NCBI RefSeq assembly: GCF_030684315.1
Contig: NC_081354.1
Location: 36,967,789 to 37,031,788 of the forward strand
Length of the DNA stretch: 64,000 nt
Origin: Stegostoma tigrinum
Lineage: Eukaryota
Direction of reading: 5' to 3'
Shown here in pieces: positions 63,861-64,000 of the stretch (its first letter is position 1; every line of letters starts with the position of its first letter). Below the pieces are notes generated by a model, which was not told where the DNA came from, did no database searches, and saw nothing but the letters and a program-made list of their open reading frames with translations. The translations under genes and the position numbers were made by a program.

Positions 63861-64000
63861 ATTACCCATTTAGCCTATACTTGCAAAATTCAAAGCACAG
63901 TGTCCAACATTAGATGTGTTTCTGTGATTAAACAGCATTCACTAATTAATTATAGGCTTTTTTAAACTATTCATCATGCGATATGGGCATCGATGGCTAG

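Overview
AT-rich, repeat-dense vertebrate genomic DNA. The HE1 SINE, HER1/CR1, L2 and Penelope content points to an elasmobranch, probably a shark. Nearly all ORFs in the six-frame track are retrotransposon debris or chance. The window holds one complete host gene that the ORF track misses because it is spliced: the immunoglobulin J chain gene (JCHAIN) on the minus strand. It has four coding exons (40851-40785, 35229-35103, 33567-33487, 24599-24371), GT-AG introns in phases 1/2/2, and an AATAAA at 24241-24246. The 167-aa product is MMKSKDMLGVLAAVLFYTALSAAKSERHLLVSSRCKLLEVSSKMIVTELPNGEKVEQLARDIKIIVPLRSRENISDPTSPIRTKFVYKISDFCKNCGRPESPQEPQCKPKPPPADECYGHDDQSCRDYQRYLGAAKYSKHQVEPLAQKPTEIPIETTADPNSFSDAP. 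Main points of interest: (1) the J chain has 6 of the 8 mammalian cysteines, lacking one IgM-linking Cys and leaving a C-terminal Cys without its partner; (2) the promoter has an exact Ets-IRF (EICE) element and a MEF2-like site, and there is a B-cell-enhancer-like motif cluster about 9.5 kb upstream; (3) a family of short fold-back Penelope-derived insertions with long TSDs has its symmetry axis on a hammerhead-ribozyme core; (4) there is a tRNA-headed LINE family with no ORF1; (5) there are two local inverted duplications. Repeat boundaries are approximate and read by eye.
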